Below, piece by piece: positions 1 to 7,763 of a DNA stretch of 41,578 bases; positions within the stretch are counted from its first letter, which is position 1; each line of letters opens with the position of its first letter. Source of the DNA: Candidatus Rokuibacteriota bacterium (GTDB taxonomy: Bacteria; Methylomirabilota; Methylomirabilia; Rokubacteriales; CSP1-6); contig QHSV01000252.1 in assembly GCA_003221655.1 (NCBI GenBank), positions 1-41,578 on the forward strand. The letters are read 5' to 3'. Below the pieces are notes generated by a model that searched no databases, was not told the DNA's origin, and saw only the letters and a list, made by a program, of their open reading frames with translations. The translations under genes were made by a program, and so were the position numbers.

Positions 1-1
1 G

Positions 2-154
2 ATGGGCGACCTCATCGGCGTGCCGGTGCTGCCGCCCGTGTATTCGCTCAGGCTCCTGCCCTACGTGGTGCCCGAGATCGCGACCTGGAAGCGCAACATG
101 GCGCGCCGGAAGGATTTCTGGGAAAAGGAGGAGTATGACCTCCACGCCGTCTGA
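2..154 (+). CDS. 3' end of a small protein, paralog of the next gene (family usually found next to CstA and ArsA-like ATPases); partial at the window edge
   Basis: Manual translation of frame 2 gives MGDLIGVPVLPPVYSLRLLPYVVPEIATWKRNMARRKDFWEKEEYDLHAV*, which aligns with the C-terminal half of 135..422. Not in the ORF track. Confidence 0.85.
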   Translation: MGDLIGVPVLPPVYSLRLLPYVVPEIATWKRNMARRKDFWEKEEYDLHAV

Positions 155-422
155 GGACAAGCCGAAGAAGAAGCGCGGGATCCTGGGAGTTTTCAAGGAC
201 ATCGTGTACGGGATGTCCTCGCACGAGATGACTCGCCATGCGGTGCGCACGCGCGCGAGCATGGAGCACCTCTTCATCCTCATCACGATGGGCGATCTCC
301 TGGGCATTCCGATCCTCCCGCCGTACTACTCGCTGAGACTGCTACCTTACGTGACGCCCCAGATCGCGTCGTGGAAACGCCGCATGCTGCGCGAACGGGA
401 CGTCACGGACGTGCTGGGATAG
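135..422 (+). CDS. Small conserved protein associated with ArsA/Get3-like ATPases (resembles the so-called cory-CC-star family)
   Basis: 95 aa; AAGGAGGAG RBS upstream; motif MGDLLGIPILPPYYSLRLLPY shared with the upstream paralog. Confidence 0.8.
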   Translation: MTSTPSEDKPKKKRGILGVFKDIVYGMSSHEMTRHAVRTRASMEHLFILITMGDLLGIPILPPYYSLRLLPYVTPQIASWKRRMLRERDVTDVLG

Positions 423-433
423 GGGAGGCGCGC

Positions 434-1302
434 TTGTCGCTCAAGACCGTCTTCGAGAGTCAGCCCGACCGCCGCTACATCATGTTCGGGGGCAAGGGCG
501 GTCTGGGAAAGACGACGCTGTCGGCTACGAGCGCGTTCTGGCTCGCGAGCCAGGGCAAGCGAGTGCTCCTCTTCTCGGTCGACCCGCAGGCGAGCCTGTC
601 CGACATCTTCCAGCGGGATATCTTCGGCAAGGGTCCCGTCCCGATCATGCAGAACCTCTGGGCCCAGGAGGTGAACGCAGATCAGCGGATCCGAGACTAC
701 CAGGAAGAGATCCGGAAGAAGATCCTCGACATGTACGGCTTCGACCGGGTGCCGGAGGAGATCGACAACTACATCGCGGCCGCGTCCGCGGAGCCCGCGA
801 TGGAGGAGAGCGCGATCTTCGACGCCGTCGTCGACATCATCGTGCAGGGGGACTACGACTACTACATCTACGACCTCGTTCCGCTGGGCCACGCGCTCTA
901 CTACCTCTCGATGGCCAAGGTCTACGACGAGTGGATCAACAAGATCACCAGGCTCCGCGAGGACATGGGCCAGTACGATCAGGTGGCGGCGACCATGCGT
1001 CGCGAGGACACGGTCCAGGAGGACCAGATCCTGGGCGAGCTGACGTACATCAAGAATCGCATCAACGCCTCCTCGCAGATCCTGACCGACAAGAAGCGCA
1101 CCGCGTTCTTCTTCGTGGTCGTGCCGGAGGAGATGATCATCCTCGACACCCAGAAGGCCGCCGCGCTGTTCGCGAAATTCGACGTGCCCCTCTCGGGCTA
1201 CATCGTGAACCGCGTGCTGCCGCCGGATCTCGGGCGCGGAAATATCCCGCCCTATCTGCGGAACCGGATCGCGCTGCAGCAAAAGCACATGGGCGGGATC
1301 AA
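434..1302 (+). CDS. ArsA/Get3-family ATPase 1; C-terminus lost at a junction near 1302
   Basis: GGGGAGG RBS then TTG at 434; P-loop GGKGGLGKTT, SVDPQASLSD, EPAMEE, IVNRV; similarity ends at LQQKHMGGIN and the frame becomes nonsense. Confidence 0.85.
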
Positions 1303-2174
1303 CCACCGCGCTCTGGCTCGCCGGCCGGGGCAAGCGGACGCTCCTCGCCTCGACCAACCCGGTCCACAGCCTGTCCGGTCTCCTCGGTCGGAATGTCGCC
1401 GGAGGCCACACCGCCATCAGCGAGGTCCCGAACCTCTGGGCCTACGAGATCGACACGCGAGAGACGATCGAGCGCTCCAAGAAGGAGATCCGGGAGAAGA
1501 TCCAGTGGTTCTTGAAGTTCGCGGACATTTCGACCAAGGCCGACGACTTCGTCGAGTCGGCGACCATGAACCCCGCCTTCGAGGAGTCGGCGATGTTCGA
1601 GAACATGGTCGAGATGATGTTGAAGAAGGAATACGACGTCTACGTATTCGACACGGCGCCGACCGCGAACGCCCGACGCCTGCTCGGCATGTCGAAGGTG
1701 TACTCCCTCTGGGTCGACAAGATGCTCAAGTCGCGGCAGGAGGCGCGGACGCTGCGCGAAATGCTCTCGTTCACCAAGAAAAAGGAGGCGGACCCGCTGC
1801 TCGAGTACCTGCTCGGGTTCCGCGATCGCATGGGACAGGCGCAGCGGCTCCTCACGGACACCGAAAAGACAGCCTTCTTCTTCGTCACGCTGCCCGAGGC
1901 TCTGCCGATCGCGGTGATCACCCGCTTCATCGGCTGGTTCCTCGAGTTCGGGATCCCGATCGGAGGCGTGATCGTCAACATGGTGTTGGACCGCCAGGCC
2001 CTCGGCGCGGATGTTCCCGAGTTCGTCCTGAACCGCATGCAGATGCAGGACGACCACATGAAGACGATCCGCGAGAAGTTCGACGACCGAGTGCGGGCCG
2101 TCGTGCCGTTGTTCGACGAAGAAGTGCGGGGCACCACCATGCTCGGCCGGGCCGCGGCGTCGCTCTTCGCCTGA
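1302..2174 (+). CDS. ArsA/Get3-family ATPase 2; N-terminus including the P-loop missing
   Basis: The frame of the 1512 ORF extends upstream as TTALWLAGRGKRTLLASTNPVHSLSG...NLWAYEID, then FDTAPTAN, TLPEALP, IVNMV; no start codon or GKT motif. Confidence 0.85.
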   Translation, partial: TTALWLAGRGKRTLLASTNPVHSLSGLLGRNVAGGHTAISEVPNLWAYEIDTRETIERSKKEIREKIQWFLKFADISTKADDFVESATMNPAFEESAMFENMVEMMLKKEYDVYVFDTAPTANARRLLGMSKVYSLWVDKMLKSRQEARTLREMLSFTKKKEADPLLEYLLGFRDRMGQAQRLLTDTEKTAFFFVTLPEALPIAVITRFIGWFLEFGIPIGGVIVNMVLDRQALGADVPEFVLNRMQMQDDHMKTIREKFDDRVRAVVPLFDEEVRGTTMLGRAAASLFA

Positions 2175-2193
2175 CGCCTGCTCGAAGCGGCTC

Positions 2194-3222
2194 GTGCTCC
2201 TGACAACGATCGCCGGCAGCCTTCCCAAACCCGCGTGGCTCGCGAAGCCCGGCGTGTTGTGGGCGCCGTGGAGCCTGTCGGGTCCAGCGCTCGCCGAGGG
2301 CCAGCGCGACGCAGTGCTGGTCGCGCTGCGGGAGCAGGAGACGGCCGGCATCGACATCGTGACCGACGGCGAGCAGTCGCGGCAGCACTTCGTCCACGGA
2401 TTTCTCGAGGCGATCGAGGGCGTCGACTTCGCCAGGCGCGTGACGATCGGCATCCGGGCCGACCGCTACAAGGCCGAGGTGCCGACGGTGACGGGGCCGC
2501 TGGTCCGCCGTCGGTCGGTGCACGCCGACGAAGTCAGGTTCGCGCGGGCCCACACAGGACGAAAGCTCAAGTTCACGATCCCGGGGCCGATGACGATCGT
2601 GGATACGCTGGCCGACGAGTACTATCGCGACCGGCGGCGCCTGGCGATGGAGTTCGCCCGGGTCATCAACGAGGAGGCCCGGGAGCTCGCGGCGCTCGGT
2701 CTCGACGTGCTCCAGCTCGACGAGCCCGCCTTCAACGTCTACATGGACGACGTGCGGGCGTGGGGGATCGACGCGCTCCACCGGGCCATCGATGGGCTGC
2801 CCTGCAAGACCGCCGTTCACATCTGCTACGGCTACGGGATCAAGGCGAACGTCGACTGGAAGGCGACCCTCGGCGGCGAGTGGCGCCAGTACGAGCAGAC
2901 GTTCCCGGCGCTCGCGGCCAGCCGGATCGATCAGGTCTCGGTCGAGTGCGCCAACTCGCGCGTCCCCCTCGCGCTCCTGGGTCTTCTGAAGGGGAAGGAC
3001 GTGCTGGTCGGCGCGGTCGACGTTGCGACGGCCGCGATCGAAACGCCCGAGGAGGTCGCGGCGACCATCCGGAGCGTCTTGCCCTTCGTTCCGCCCGAGC
3101 GCCTCTACCCGTGCACCAACTGCGGGATGGTGCCGCTCGCTCGCGACGTCGCCCGGGCCAAGCTTCGGGCGCTCGCCGCCGGCGCCGCGTTGGTCCGGAA
3201 GGAGCTCGGCGTGCGCGCGTGA
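2194..3222 (+). CDS. Cobalamin-independent methionine synthase, short catalytic-core form (MesD-like)
   Basis: TTIAGSLPKP, DGEQSR, PGPMT, QLDEP, Zn-ligand motifs HICYG and PCTNCG; 342 aa, no N-terminal MetE folate-binding half. Confidence 0.85.
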   Translation: MLLTTIAGSLPKPAWLAKPGVLWAPWSLSGPALAEGQRDAVLVALREQETAGIDIVTDGEQSRQHFVHGFLEAIEGVDFARRVTIGIRADRYKAEVPTVTGPLVRRRSVHADEVRFARAHTGRKLKFTIPGPMTIVDTLADEYYRDRRRLAMEFARVINEEARELAALGLDVLQLDEPAFNVYMDDVRAWGIDALHRAIDGLPCKTAVHICYGYGIKANVDWKATLGGEWRQYEQTFPALAASRIDQVSVECANSRVPLALLGLLKGKDVLVGAVDVATAAIETPEEVAATIRSVLPFVPPERLYPCTNCGMVPLARDVARAKLRALAAGAALVRKELGVRA

Positions 3223-3238
3223 TATCCTCAACCCGCCA

Positions 3239-3685
3239 ATGACCGAGCACCGGCGGTACTTCGACGAGATTTCCCTTGGCGAGGAGTGCGAGTCCCCCGG
3301 GCGCACGGTGACCGAGGCCGATATCGTGATGTTCGCCGGGCTCTCCGGCGACTACAACGTCCTCCACACCGACGCCGAGTTCATGAAGCAGTCGATTTTC
3401 GGCGAGCGCATCGCCCATGGCCTGCTTTGCCTCGCGATCCAGTCCGGGCTGTTCAGCCGCGCGTCCGTGCCGTACGCGACGCTCGCGTTCGCCGGGCTGC
3501 GCTGGAAATTCAAGGCACCGGTCAAGATCGGGGACACCATCAGACTCAGGGCCAAGGTGACGGCCAAGAAGGACCTCTCCAAAGAGGACCGCGGTCTCGT
3601 CACGCTCGAGCGCACCGTCCTCAACCAGCGCGACGAGGTCGTCCAGCAGGGGGAGACCGACCTGATCGTGGAGAAGCGCCGGTGA
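3239..3685 (+). CDS. MaoC-family (hot-dog fold) dehydratase
   Basis: RTVTEADIVMFAGLSGDYNVLHTD, FGERIAHG, FKAPVKIGDTI; ATG at 3239. Confidence 0.9.
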   Translation: MTEHRRYFDEISLGEECESPGRTVTEADIVMFAGLSGDYNVLHTDAEFMKQSIFGERIAHGLLCLAIQSGLFSRASVPYATLAFAGLRWKFKAPVKIGDTIRLRAKVTAKKDLSKEDRGLVTLERTVLNQRDEVVQQGETDLIVEKRR

Positions 3686-3972
3686 GGGGCACCTACTTCG
3701 AGGACGTCGTCGTCCACAGTGTCCAGGTGTCGCCGGCCATCACCGTCACGGAGACGCACGTCGCCATGTATCTCGGCTTGACGCGCGAGCTGCCCGTCGG
3801 GCCCGTCGCGGTCCCCGACGTCTTGCCCCTGTGTCTGTCGATCGGGCTGGGTTGGCGTATCCAGGATCCACCCATGGCCGTCCTCGCGTTCGTGGGGCTC
3901 GATTGGCAGATCGTGAGACCGCTCCGCGTTGGCGACACGATGCACGCCCGCTCGCGTATTCTCTCCAAGCGC
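3682..3972 (+). pseudogene. Second, degenerate MaoC-like subunit, truncated at a junction with ilvD
   Basis: GTGA overlap with the previous stop; [26 protein letters not shown]; lacks the D-x-N-x-x-H hydratase motif; ends at ILSKR without its own stop. Confidence 0.7.
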
Positions 3973-5590
3973 GGCCGCCCGGTCCTACTTCAAGGCGATC
4001 GGTTTCACCAACGAGGATCTCAAGCGACCCCTGGTCGGCGTGGCGCACTGCTGGATCGAGGTCACGCCCTGCAACTGGAACCACCGGAAGCTGGCCGAGA
4101 AGGTGAAGGAAGGCATCCGGGCCGCCGGCGGCACGCCGATCGAGTTCAACTCGATCAGCGTCACGGACGGGATCGCGATGGGCACCGAAGGGATGAAGGC
4201 TTCGCTCGTCAGCCGCGAGACCATCGCCGACTCCGTCGAGCTGGTGATCCGCGGCCATCTCTTCGACGGCTTCGTGGGCATCTCAGGCTGCGACAAGACC
4301 ATCCCCGCGATGGTCATGGCGATGGCGCGGCTGAACCTCCCGAGCGTCATGCTCTACGGGGGCTCGATCGCCTACGGCGAGCACAAGGGCCGCAAGCTCA
4401 CGATCCAGGAGGTCTTCGAGGCGATCGGCGCCTTCAACGCCGGCAAGATCGACGCCCGCGAGCTCAACGAGATCGAGGGCCGCGCCTGCCCCGGCGCCGG
4501 CGCCTGCGGTGGGCAGTTCACGGCCAACACGATGTCGACGGCGTTCGAGATGCTCGGCGTGTCGCCGATGGGATTCAACGGCGTGCCGGCGACGGATCCG
4601 CGCAAGGAAGAGGTCGCCTTCGAGACCGGCCGGCTCGTCATGGACCTCTTGACGAAAGGCGTCCTGCCGCGTCAGATCATCACCAAGAAGGCGCTGCACA
4701 ACTCGATCGCCGGAGTGATGGCGACGGGCGGCTCGGCCAACGCGGTGCTGCACTTGCTCGCCATCGCCAAGGAGGCCGGCGTCAAGCTGGAGATCTCCGA
4801 GTTCGACAGGATCTCGCGCAAGACGCCGCTGCTCGCTGATATGCGGCCGTGGGGCACCTACACCGCGCCCGAGATGCACGACGCGGGCGGCATGGGGGTC
4901 GTCGCCAAGCGGCTGCTCGAGGCCGGGCTGCTTCACGCCGACGAGCCGACCGTCACGGGTCGGACGATCGGCGAGGAGGCGCGTGCCGCCCGCGAGGCTC
5001 CTGGCCAGAAGGTCGTCCGGCCCCTCGCGAATCCGCTCAAGCCCGAGGGCGGCCTGGCCATCCTCTGGGGTAATCTCGCGCCCGAGGGGTGCGTCGCTAA
5101 GATCTCGGGACAAAAGAGAGATCTTCACCGCGGCCCGGCGCGTGTCTTCGACCGCGAGGAGGACGCCTTCCAGGCCGTGAAGATGCGGAAGATCAAGCCC
5201 AACGACGTGATCGTCATCCGCTGGGAGGGGCCCAAGGGCGGGCCCGGGATGCGCGAGATGCTCCACGTGACGGGCGCGCTCCAGGGCGCCGGCCTCGGCG
5301 ACACCGTGGCGCTCATGACCGACGGGCGATTCTCGGGCGCGACCCATGGATTCATGATCGGCCACGTCGCCCCTGAGGCCGCCGACGGAGGGCCGATCGC
5401 CGCGCTCCGGAACGGTGACACGATCGTGATCGACATCAAGAAACGCAAGCTCGACGTCGAGCTCTCCGCCGCCGAGCTGAAGAAGCGCCTCAAGAGCGTG
5501 AAGCGACCGAAGCCGCGCTACACCTGGGGCGTCCTGGCGAAGTACGCGCGCCTCGTGTCCAGTGCCTCAGATGGCGCCGTCACGGGTTAG
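3971..5590 (+). CDS. ilvD: Dihydroxy-acid dehydratase; first residues and start codon missing
   Basis: [61 protein letters not shown]; homology begins at AAARSY. Confidence 0.93.
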   Translation, partial: AAARSYFKAIGFTNEDLKRPLVGVAHCWIEVTPCNWNHRKLAEKVKEGIRAAGGTPIEFNSISVTDGIAMGTEGMKASLVSRETIADSVELVIRGHLFDGFVGISGCDKTIPAMVMAMARLNLPSVMLYGGSIAYGEHKGRKLTIQEVFEAIGAFNAGKIDARELNEIEGRACPGAGACGGQFTANTMSTAFEMLGVSPMGFNGVPATDPRKEEVAFETGRLVMDLLTKGVLPRQIITKKALHNSIAGVMATGGSANAVLHLLAIAKEAGVKLEISEFDRISRKTPLLADMRPWGTYTAPEMHDAGGMGVVAKRLLEAGLLHADEPTVTGRTIGEEARAAREAPGQKVVRPLANPLKPEGGLAILWGNLAPEGCVAKISGQKRDLHRGPARVFDREEDAFQAVKMRKIKPNDVIVIRWEGPKGGPGMREMLHVTGALQGAGLGDTVALMTDGRFSGATHGFMIGHVAPEAADGGPIAALRNGDTIVIDIKKRKLDVELSAAELKKRLKSVKRPKPRYTWGVLAKYARLVSSASDGAVTG

Positions 5591-5650
5591 GGCCCGAACG
5601 TCGGGCCCGACACAAGCCGGCGTGATCGGCCCGACGACAGCGACCCGACG

Positions 5651-6325
5651 TTGACTCGGAAATCACCGGCTGAGCCCCGACCGGTCGATCGCCCCGATCA
5701 GCTGAGCCCGGTCTTTCTCGAGCGTCTCAAGGCCGAACCGCTCGCCGAGCTCACAGTGCTGGACGCCGGGACGGGCTCGGGCCGGCTCGCGCTGACGCTG
5801 GCTCCCCTCTGTCGTGCCGTGGTTGGCGTCGATCGCGACGCCAAGCTGATCGACGAGGCCCGCCGGCAGGCCGACGCCGCCAGACTCTCGAACGTCCGGT
5901 TCGTCGTCGGCGACGTCGAGGTCGAAGAGTACGCGCCGTTCAAGCCCGACCTGGTCGCGACCTACCTCTGCATGTCCGACGCGATCGCCGAGCGGGCCGG
6001 CCGGGCGCTCCGGGCGGGCCAGGTCTTCGCCTTCGTCGCGCTGCACACCGACCAGTGGAAGGAGACGGGCCGGCCTTCCCGCTTCGCGTACGGCGAGACC
6101 GGCGCACGGCGGCTCCTCAAGCGGACCGGATTCACGGTCGATCATCTCGAGGTCGAGCGTGACGTCAAAGCGTTCGCCTCGGTCGAGGAGGGGCTTGCCG
6201 CGGCGGTCGGGCTCCAGGAGAAGTGGAAGGTCGACGGTCGCTGGTTTCGTTACGTCAAGTTCCTCGAGGACGGCGGACGGACGCTCACGCGGGCCCATCT
6301 CGTCGTGAAGGCGCGCAAGGCTTGA
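5651..6325 (+). CDS. Class I SAM-dependent methyltransferase
   Basis: VLDAGTGSG motif I, VVGVD, GDVE; start uncertain. Confidence 0.85.
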   Translation: MTRKSPAEPRPVDRPDQLSPVFLERLKAEPLAELTVLDAGTGSGRLALTLAPLCRAVVGVDRDAKLIDEARRQADAARLSNVRFVVGDVEVEEYAPFKPDLVATYLCMSDAIAERAGRALRAGQVFAFVALHTDQWKETGRPSRFAYGETGARRLLKRTGFTVDHLEVERDVKAFASVEEGLAAAVGLQEKWKVDGRWFRYVKFLEDGGRTLTRAHLVVKARKA

Positions 6326-7374
6326 CCCTGGTCGCCCTCGCGCTCAGCGCCGCAGTGAAGGCGCGCGCGCTCGAGCTGGGCTTCGACCGTGTCGCGATCG
6401 GTCCAGCCGAGCCGCCCGAGCACGGCGCCCAGCTCGAGGAGTGGCTCGACGCCGGCTACGCTGGAACGATGCGCTACCTGGATCGCGGTCGCGCCGACCG
6501 CCTCGATCCCGCGCGCCTCCTCCCGGGCTGTCGCGCGGTCGTCGCGGTGGCGGTGAGCTATAACTTGAAGGACGGGGCGACGCCCCCCTCGAGCGATTGG
6601 CGGCCCGTCTCGCGATATGCCCGGGGGCGTGACTACCACGACATCATGCGACCCCGTCTCGTCGAGCTGGGCGACTTCATTCGCGCCGCGGCGGGCGCCG
6701 GGGTCACGAGCCGCGCGGCGGTGGATTCGAGCGCCGTTCTCGAGCGGGACCTCGCCGCGCGAGCCGGACTCGGCTGGATCGGCAAGAACACGAACCTCCT
6801 GACGCCGTCGCTTGGCTCCTACTTCTTCATCGGGGTCGTCCTCACGACCGCCGCGCCGGCGTTCGATCGCCCCCAACCCGATCGCTGTGGAACCTGCACC
6901 GCCTGTCTGGACGCCTGCCCGACTCGCGCGTTCGTGGGACCCTACGTCCTCGACGCCCGGCGCTGCATCTCGTACCTGACGATCGAGCACCGCGGCGACA
7001 TTCCGGACGACCTGTGCGACGGGCTGGGAGAGTGGCTGTTCGGGTGCGACGTGTGCCAGGACGTGTGCCCGTGGAACCGCAAGGCCGAGGTCGCTCGTGA
7101 TCCCGCGCTGAGACCATCCGGGTCGTTCGGCCCGCTCGAGAGCCTGTTCGAGCTCGACCAGGCTGCGTTCCGCGCGCGGTTTCGCGGGACCGCGCTCGCG
7201 AGAACGAAGCGCGCCGGGCTCCTGCGCAACGCGGCCATCGTCCTCGCAAACCGCGGCGAGAGACGCGCCGTTGGCGCGCTGTCCCGGGCCCTCGGCGACG
7301 AGGACGCAGGAGTCCGCCGCGCCGCGGCGTGGGCGCTCGAGAAGCTCGGCGCGGGCGGCGCGTCGTCGTCTTGA
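6322..7374 (+). CDS. queG: tRNA epoxyqueuosine reductase
   Basis: SRYARGRDYH, VDS, ERDLAARAGLGWIGKN, CGTCTACLDACP, RCISYLTIE, GCDVCQDVCPWN, C-terminal HEAT-like repeat; TTGA overlap start. Confidence 0.93.
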   Translation: MTLVALALSAAVKARALELGFDRVAIGPAEPPEHGAQLEEWLDAGYAGTMRYLDRGRADRLDPARLLPGCRAVVAVAVSYNLKDGATPPSSDWRPVSRYARGRDYHDIMRPRLVELGDFIRAAAGAGVTSRAAVDSSAVLERDLAARAGLGWIGKNTNLLTPSLGSYFFIGVVLTTAAPAFDRPQPDRCGTCTACLDACPTRAFVGPYVLDARRCISYLTIEHRGDIPDDLCDGLGEWLFGCDVCQDVCPWNRKAEVARDPALRPSGSFGPLESLFELDQAAFRARFRGTALARTKRAGLLRNAAIVLANRGERRAVGALSRALGDEDAGVRRAAAWALEKLGAGGASSS

Positions 7375-7763
7375 GAATCAAGCGACTCGATCACTTCGGT
7401 GTGGACGTCCGCGACCTCGGGCGCGCCGAGCGCTTCTACGCCGAGGTGCTGGGCATGACGGTCCAGATGCGTCTCGCCGATCAGGTGCTCATGCGTGGCG
7501 GCGAGACCTCGTGCGCGCTGTTCCTCCGGCCGGATCGCGCGCCGGCCGATCCCGAGCAGGTGAGGAATCCGCTCGGCAAGAGCCACCACGCCTTCGAGGT
7601 CGCCTGGGATGACCTGCAGACCGCCCTGGTGCTGTTCGCCGAGCGCGGCGTTCCGCATCACGCGCCGATCGACTGGGGCGACCACAACTGTCTCTACTTC
7701 ACGGACCCGGACGGTAATTTGCTGGAGCTCGTGGGTTACCGCCCCGCAGGCGAGAGAGCGTGA
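7371..7763 (+). CDS. VOC/glyoxalase family protein
   Basis: LDHFGVDV, HHAFEV, YFTDPDGNLLEL; TTGA overlap start. Confidence 0.88.
   Translation: MRIKRLDHFGVDVRDLGRAERFYAEVLGMTVQMRLADQVLMRGGETSCALFLRPDRAPADPEQVRNPLGKSHHAFEVAWDDLQTALVLFAERGVPHHAPIDWGDHNCLYFTDPDGNLLELVGYRPAGERA

Noticed and set aside
434-2174. Arsenic resistance operon
   Set aside because: No Cys ligands in the visible ATPase sequence and no arsR/B/C/D in the window.
371-2203. Single 610-aa tandem ArsA, or a programmed frameshift
   Set aside because: The second half of that ORF is nonsense, the second ATPase lacks its P-loop so a frameshift would not restore it, and no slippery site is visible.
5590-5608. Hairpin GGGCCCGA-ACG-TCGGGCCC after ilvD, and GCTCGCG-AAC-CGCGAGC at 34864-34880
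   Set aside because: No U-tract and single copies; cannot be called terminators or REPs with confidence.
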